Shown here in pieces: positions 62,101 to 64,000 of a stretch of DNA of 64,000 nucleotides. The number at the start of each line of letters is the position of its first letter. Within the stretch, counting starts at the first letter, position 1. Location: the NCBI GenBank assembly GCA_965216875.1, contig OZ244207.1:3168001-3232000 (forward strand). Direction: 5' to 3'. The DNA comes from Rubripirellula sp. Lineage in GTDB: Bacteria > Planctomycetota > Planctomycetia > Pirellulales > Pirellulaceae. Position numbers and translations under genes: made by a program. The notes beneath the pieces are model-generated. The model made no database searches. It was not told the DNA's origin and saw nothing but the letters and a program-made list of their open reading frames with translations.

Positions 62101-64000
62101 ATCGTGACCGTTTGCCCTGGCGTGATTGCTTCGCCGCTGTCAGTGAACGACATCAAACGGTTCAGAGGGCGAGTCTGGAACCAGAAATTGTTCACGCCTC
62201 CAGGCGTTCCATCACCATCGCCATCAATGGGTGTTCCCGGAACGTCAACGCGATCGCTATCCAAGTCGCGAATCACGTCCACTTCATCTGCTTGAGGCTC
62301 GAACTTCAAATGCAGATCGTAACGTCCCTGTGAACGTCCGCCGTTACCGCTCTTTTCAATCGTTGGGTCATAGTGATCGTTGCCGCTTGCTGCGACACCG
62401 ATGTAGTAGACCCCTGCACCTAGGCGGGCGATGATTCGCGAGTCTTCGCTGAAGTAGTCGTCGTTGCGACTGACCTGCACAACACCACCACCACGCAGCA
62501 GCAGCGGACTGTAGCTGAGGCCACCGCCGGAAACATCGATCGACGCGTCGCCGGTCGTGATTTCAGCGCGGAACAGCGAGCTTGCAAACGGGTCATTGTT
62601 GATCGCGTCAACGACGTCCCCAACCGGAACTTCGCTGATGTTCACGCCGCGACGAGGCATATCGATCGTGATCGCGTTTTCAATGAAGTTGCCAACCGAA
62701 TCGACTTGACGGTTGATACGAACTTCGGTGTCGCCCGGTCCTCGCTCACTTTGGATGAAGTCGATCCGAGAATTGTTGCCCAAACGTCCTTCTGCGAACG
62801 CAGTGATTTCGACTTCGAGCGACGTCCCAACACCAAAGTCGGTGCGGACGGATGCCTGCACTTGCTCGAACAGCGTCAAAGTCGTATCGAGCAGACTGCT
62901 ATCGGGCAGACGCTCGGCGAACGTTTCGGCGGTCAGCGTTCCGACTTTGTCAGCATCACCAAGATTGACTTCGAAGCGATACAGGTCGACATCGATACTG
63001 TCCGCACGGTGCAAATAGTTGCCGTGAAGAACGTCGTAGTTGCCTGGGAAAACCGGCTCGAGATCGGTCAACACGTCAATGTCGGCATTCAAGAACGCGC
63101 CGCTTTGACTCAGCAGTGTTTGCGCTGGGAGGTCGGGCGTTTCCTCGAGACCGAGGATCAGGCCAATCGCCGTCGTAGCTTTGCGCGTGAAATCTTCGCC
63201 GTAGGCCGTTCCGAAATTGACTTGGTTACTGAAAACCACCGCCGAATTCGTGAACGTAGGATCGACTCGAACCGCTGCATCAAGCGAGAAGTTGATGGAA
63301 GTGTCCGAACCCACCTCGTTTTGGAGGTCGTTGACGTTACCGAGCGCGAACGTGATGCCTTCATCTTCCGTTTCACGGAATTGAACGCCGATGTAGTTGG
63401 CCCAGAGGTTCAACGCCTCACGGACGCGCAGTTTTTGGCGTTCCGTGATTTGGTTCAGGAAGTCATTGCCAGAATTGTCGCTGTCAAAGATGCCATTGAA
63501 GTTGTAGGCAATCTCGGTGATTCCGTCCTGAGTGTCAGGCCCGAATCGATCGTTGATGTGCTGACGGTCCGTGCCTGCGCCGTCGGGAACTTGGATGTGG
63601 CCAGGATCATCATTGCCACCAAGAGGCTCGATCAAGAAAGTCTGCGGGTCGATCGACTCGCTAAAGACCAAGCTGCTCAATTCGTTGTTACGACCAAAGA
63701 TGCCGACATCAAGGGCCGTCCCAAGGGTATCGCCAACGGCCTCCAGGATGAGCGCCGGACGATCGACCATACGTTGGGGAACTTCAAGCGAGCCGCCACC
63801 GGGGGCTCCGTCGAGCTCGGTCTCAATTTCGATCACATCGCGTACACCCGGGGTGTTCTCGGCGACGGCGATCAATTCAGCGAAGGTTGGTGTGTCACCA
63901 CCGAAATCAAAGACAATGCTTCGACCATCGGTGTCAAAACGGGCTGACAGATTGTTGCTGCCGGTATCTTCAAATCGCACGCCGCGACCTGCTGCACCTT
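47172..64000 (-). CDS. Giant surface protein B (more than 5600 aa, 5' end outside the window), paralog of protein A
   Basis: The frame is open to the window edge. Same domain order as A: degenerate metzincin-like segment, PPC-like domains, beta-helix, DYGDAP...GEVEDY, Ig/cadherin-like repeats and C-terminal DVNADGRTTALDAL...DVNGNGKVSALDA. Confidence 0.9.
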   Translation of the reverse strand, partial: GAAGRGVRFEDTGSNNLSARFDTDGRSIVFDFGGDTPTFAELIAVAENTPGVRDVIEIETELDGAPGGGSLEVPQRMVDRPALILEAVGDTLGTALDVGIFGRNNELSSLVFSESIDPQTFLIEPLGGNDDPGHIQVPDGAGTDRQHINDRFGPDTQDGITEIAYNFNGIFDSDNSGNDFLNQITERQKLRVREALNLWANYIGVQFRETEDEGITFALGNVNDLQNEVGSDTSINFSLDAAVRVDPTFTNSAVVFSNQVNFGTAYGEDFTRKATTAIGLILGLEETPDLPAQTLLSQSGAFLNADIDVLTDLEPVFPGNYDVLHGNYLHRADSIDVDLYRFEVNLGDADKVGTLTAETFAERLPDSSLLDTTLTLFEQVQASVRTDFGVGTSLEVEITAFAEGRLGNNSRIDFIQSERGPGDTEVRINRQVDSVGNFIENAITIDMPRRGVNISEVPVGDVVDAINNDPFASSLFRAEITTGDASIDVSGGGLSYSPLLLRGGGVVQVSRNDDYFSEDSRIIARLGAGVYYIGVAASGNDHYDPTIEKSGNGGRSQGRYDLHLKFEPQADEVDVIRDLDSDRVDVPGTPIDGDGDGTPGGVNNFWFQTRPLNRLMSFTDSGEAITPGQTVTIISGNGVTRTYEFVPLGSTSRPGNIPVNYSDGSNGFPTPSFGLAQALAAAVNQRQGETGVSLLPTPGTSNVSFIGERTIEVSADFRGAEIFGRNIFVDKTAGPLADGSLDHPFNNISNPVVANAFDATLEGDIVRIVGNGGADGDITTEIDNFSYQIGLADTGGAVLEDGRMMEVPKGVTTMIDAGAVLKLRAARIVAGSSTVQVDRSNSVLQILGAPRLVQLSTGDAPVKTTLLGDDNVFSPGYDDGRVILTSVRDRDVDFAAAGNSIPAASGDWGGIVYRRDVDQAQGRRDLEDEGIFLQRVNHAELRYGGSSNIVADAIQQLINPIQIVNLRPTITFNEITQSADAAISAAPNSFEETSFQEPRFQQGGSFTADYDRVGPEMHNNLVLDNSVNGVMIRVATTPTSPPRPFTVAARFDDTELVHYVPENLAVEGKPGGSINDGFAPSVGLVSGRVLRGGQLANGTYLYKMTFVDNDGFESRASDDVFTITTIDNTSVEMIGLPVVDPNTDYVSRRIYRAMDTGGALEFVLVADLDASSIGFIDNGSSSDGVLDLSRQGIRGRLDASLVADPGLVMKFRGSRIELGQGTQFLAEGLTSDPVVFTSSLDDRFGAGGTFDTNNDRDLFNGNLPPSLGDWSGIYAGPTAVVSFDNAVVAYGGGISNIEGGLSRGFLPLELHQAEARVTNSRFEFNDSGQQGAGPEGRFGRLAVTPATIFARGTDPIIVGNTFTNNRGTIIDIDSDSLHGDYRLDYGRQTGSNERFSELDDNRGPMVRFNRYEDNEVTGMEIRGGNLTTESVWDDTDIVHLLFDSVIVNNFHSSGGLRLISRPDESLVVKLSGPGGVAGQTPGTGLTARGDESDILDRVGGTVQLIGFPGAPVVLTSFRDDSVGAGLKPDGSQFTDNNGDGIGSRAEPNDWRSVFFDQYSNDYNADFILESELSTESAPGLNGTTVNAQELGFLAERITASDEKLRLGFEVEGYLAGSTDVDTYAFTGYAGTEVWIDVDRTLYTNDTVLEVLDAQGRVVARSDDSFAEVADSDQLVLLDPELQRTATPLQTRPDAVTSFGAGGLYEDFGSYNERDAGLHFTLPGNTGAQSPYFFRIRSRSVNPDDFQGGLTGGGYRFQIRLTEEQIFPGNIARYTDIRYANHGIHVRGLPSSSPLLGEAQENEELEPFFASNDAIEGSVAFPFQRAQGVGNLVENRANVISVGGALDSGFDVDFYSFDVDFAANGAVGTIPGGILGSGFTIGDGLTESVVFDIDYAAGLSRPDTNISVFYDEDGFYGGAEPRLVLLGQGANIAEDLTTPFGEDDESERLSNGSVSTQDPFIGPAALSEGTYYVAVTEDGRLPSELFENDLVRREPVNSVERLFEDRVDNSSTPSTADGPRFPELFSDAAIGASDFVVTGNRGAEPGHGKPEHFDGSSVDVPVNDGVFSEFAVPGIGFASNLDGLVWSLADDPLIGSDSIFGPENTSAVIPHVTINGSMARDPGDVFLISIPEDNTRVIIDVDAGFNPQQGIDDDDPDTPPFVPDPNSVDLRLRIADVTSLGNNFFVTPEINTSNVEDGRAGSLGGDGTVFNTVSLDPFVDTRLNTGIYMIYVVPPGTTPTIDNGVAQPPSNDTPPVTGSYVLHVSVEDHVVPAGAGNQSIHFNRQNFTNGTLTSEPFDLLGYSAADRPRFYFNYLLDSGLGDNVGYTVTSNENPVGQVFGGLQNDDAWLQEVVDLDAFAGHTNIQITFDYTSNGFGFGEGLYLDDFIVGFAERGETIFNARQGQNDFSGFGTQSGEYQLELRRGTQYNVDGVLTRDFDTNQRHSEEITIVAPAGDQVVDGDTFVLSDGTTRQIFEFTTDGFTAFNAAPVLFDPTDSAVQIAETIRRAINLSPTLDAEAASASGDATGPMEDARLNLFGIINGDFLQIESHELAPTGAPLATSPDGNVLISAVFDNLFGDVNHERPQSQIIIDSNTISDVNAIGIWTEPGTRDTDIRDLRDDPELTIRSDPFDPDSFPIQHQYLQLPPAGNTYPGAVRNLPTLNDSVQGGLAPGAVIVNNTIDQAQMAGIKVEGETRPLVIHGIEGYNTGNLVDDGALMVIDAAGTRVVFEFEDIQGDNGHGEIAGGDGYGDGHVPIYYRHCSNTPCTVYNGRGLPPSTSFELMYAIFEAIQGSILVTNDMVELVTPFMSIDPFQRNPSLEGFALNRGFADFPNPAVWLQGASAVYFAGRSPFQVNEAPVHEAPQPFARVVNNTIYGADGRESLDFEMADREDDDIIADAIDTKQGIAHRNSSSYVHTASIGDNSGPVSPENDVDFFKVELNVGDRLVADIDTVVGGVDTVLQIFNEFGEAQIAPVESGQVPGYLDPETTARDHRDNPVTDAANPADPYVDFFAPRKGTYYVAVSASGNDNYDPNSLSGRDGGEGGTGDYQLGIRVFAGRTAVIGIQGAGRDVGTVGADLVGAEITITQVSDVDPDVRNSVTFTFAPGAGNPPDIDQGTEYQIGISNGAEADRVPDIMRSLTDAINRSSLLNLNTAVNRVEAKALGGIDNDNPGLPNLSRTGGPPHVYRTFGVTDWQRGFGHDRLNIPTAPLTTTSGTSELYTFLRNVADVELNDAAAAMFYVGPDERDGNLSQESDQLITEQGVMIAGGASPTLVNNVIVNTHQSIVREETSINGFGRRFGPFTDHNDRLLRDNFPKPMEVIVSATVFKYDEHLNSAVQTNLDATPFSPGGDPSLVTDVLVSVSNVNGGDDDFNVILPSGEPLLENPAGDDFQPAAGSYVIDSATNSLIERDAFAALKNTVGIPVSNILAPNRDVGGVLRADNPLFATPGGLGSQVFKDRGSTELADFVGPVAIAETPRDNDAEGIDVDGAIGFINLSGGTYNEFRIQLRDNGDASDPFAGVGIDDTTVVIPEIPGLRPTGSTLTLFENDRLLTEGIDYVFNYDETKNTITLTPLTGIWQSDRSYRIALNNRDRNVLVAPDPSEVNDGDQIAITDTLGGTVVFEFESGYQLLVPEPITLVVPRVGTNGGGLSDGDIFQIDDGSNPIVVFEFNSDGTTLPGTVEVPLPSRPTPTDSGELDRFLNEIAVNVATAIQSQANLGLLDVDTRVEVLGDRVVVGAEPGTYAVTSGSGLQQLPRTLALQVPQMGIDPLTGIRDGDTFVVSNGTASVTFEFDTDASPGLNTATNVPVPVLTTDDAEIVALKIQGAIANSPLGLTPQVDGTNVFLNLPIDGDATVPGGQLRLVGLARTAVDGDTIQISPTGLGTDITLEVNRTDEPGPDGPMDDGVGDAHVPINITRLTTADELAGLIANQLQGQEIAGLDPNDVQVIPGGLLAVGGEQGLGFAVSGSSFEVTGSPDVTGASTIQVFGPLLLQLPLVGAQQINDGSVLILEDDNGNDVIFEFNNIATTPSVPGAFVVPFNTFDLVDVLADNLVTQINLANIGIPAVNQGNGRVSLGRISESRVDLGGIPDLVDPINSVPGVPQLTTRRGIVSDGEVLSIRQGTTTVSFEFESINNGGGVAPNNIAVAFQPGSTIGDVAISLAAAINNNRGALRISAEAELAPVLDADGNPVLDDDNNVVMEPTGQVLLDDLPGTVIDVTAAPTLNVVGVPGGAIPVRISPAFTATEVKRSLLNAFAAVNPPGEIPVTTLMAEDRGGATFFVENGEIFEGPLANYFLPGVKDLAGNLLEANRSDTTTQFTILMPTVELDYGDAPDPVLQVPGRYPTLAEHDGPRHVVDGELKLGHYVDADLDGQPVRSADGDDLTIDIVGSGGLFGTSVVPGAAEIKVHTPADIDGRDGDTVTINTNVDLATIEFDLDGRFDEDNFAVRPIDKESPSSIADAVVEAIVESPLRPAGLINGHRLLGVEAVDVQLSGVNTLLRVATFSNSKVFEISRGIETTAVEGGTFTISIDGAQATFEFDSNGVVADGNIPVSPIDPASRDSIADAMRVAIAGSPLAASGLSMDSVSVFVVADDEDGVNFISSVNPTGVLNKGVTTPIDVTVSGSGVLEAWIDFNADGDWDDPGEQIITAATPGAIFSDAGAAITRTFNVTVPATTPDPLSPTETYARFRVSRDGGLEPTGLALSGEVEDYTLLILPGSPPQIGQPNRAFTVEEDRVLQALDDGTFTVDNSNDDGLLTGVVDLDGDSIAIYPDDVGVRTLTTPSGVEAGTLEVFADGTFTFLPAPDFNSVDPATGEVEGVVFTARVTDIQPFDPGAQLVNSTPISVTIVVEPVNDPPVVVDSSPITRDILEDEQQVFHVDDQLVGGETVPGLIADRYVPGPANESHQPMIIQSVQSSGGAFVTEQGGTVAISDDGRSVIYTPPADFNNMVDPLNPLDSFTYTVADIPLQGQSEAAATVGTVIIDIAAQNDPPRLGNDTYSINEGEGLTIPLRLTEINNVLTPGILDNDFAGPQDEVDENPDIFLTGDLENIDDSISTFRNGTITRTAEGLVYESPLNFSGTDSFQYEVRDTQGAVSTATVTINIGGVNNGPMFVGVNGDSQVTSITRDEAKEDAQQDTYNLSTWFFDPEGDDLTYSVVSSDPDTVEARVVDDLLLLTYQPFQFSTTTITLRAEDPDGEAGVGAVTLNITNTPDPPTVIAPIQEITADEDSIITRDLSTVFEDKDITDDPLNSDVLTFTVSRLDNLFNPTAAQIAAHPVVDAISTDNGQLRITLKPDQSGSAEIEIAARDTAQFVVADTFTLNVTPVADRPEARPDGFNVPIGAALQVLNPSSGLLANDFDADGDDIEVVTDPASIVGPSLGDLEINADGTFIYTNTSGAVGGQDSFTYRVRDTTGRLSDPVTVTFDLNDSRYQNPIDGMETDVNADGRTTALDALRIINFLSRKLIFSNGTEVPVTEIGSPPPDFLDVNGNGKVSALDANNVITRLGQLNNVQIAQPEAIAGLAASSNFVTAGTPNLPVRNAEHVAVIEDPRDSLLTDGLVIQAQSGEQAVDALVVLDNESSSEPESIDEVLSSVLDEFDLDLGDLVE

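Noticed and set aside
29174..63947. Many long plus-strand ORFs (for example 619 aa at 32069-33928, 442 aa at 60717-62045 and 438 aa at 30452-31768)
   Set aside because: Antisense to the giant genes, with no recognisable motifs. This is expected from codon bias in GC-rich coding DNA.

Overview
GC-rich bacterial chromosomal segment, most likely from a planctomycete of the Pirellulaceae type. This is inferred from the RRLxxExLExRxLLA export motif, giant GEVED/dockerin surface proteins and gene content. Bases 1-28.9 kb hold mostly housekeeping and accessory genes: a UvrD/PcrA helicase (partial), DUF2237, a TPR protein, RluD, a fused Fe-S L-serine dehydratase, a MerA-like flavoprotein with TVP38 and DUF547 neighbours, metF, PhyH, a HEAT-repeat protein, a DNase I-like nuclease, an LpxL-like acyltransferase, an N-terminal-only GlmU, prs, PAP2, a class V aminotransferase, coaD, a Tat-exported propeller protein, flgK and a GH13. 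The intergenic regions carry several REP-like palindrome families. Bases 29-64 kb are two tandem paralogous giant secreted proteins: one of about 6000 aa interrupted by a 1-nt frameshift, and one of more than 5600 aa that runs off the window end. The most notable signal is at 10753-12531 (-), where two ORFs are joined in frame across a single TGA at the redox-motif position of a thioredoxin-like, SelN-like fold. A bacterial-SECIS-like hairpin follows the TGA, so this is a probable unannotated membrane-anchored selenoprotein beside a disulfide-oxidoreductase module. No CRISPR array, tRNA, rRNA or transposase was recognised.
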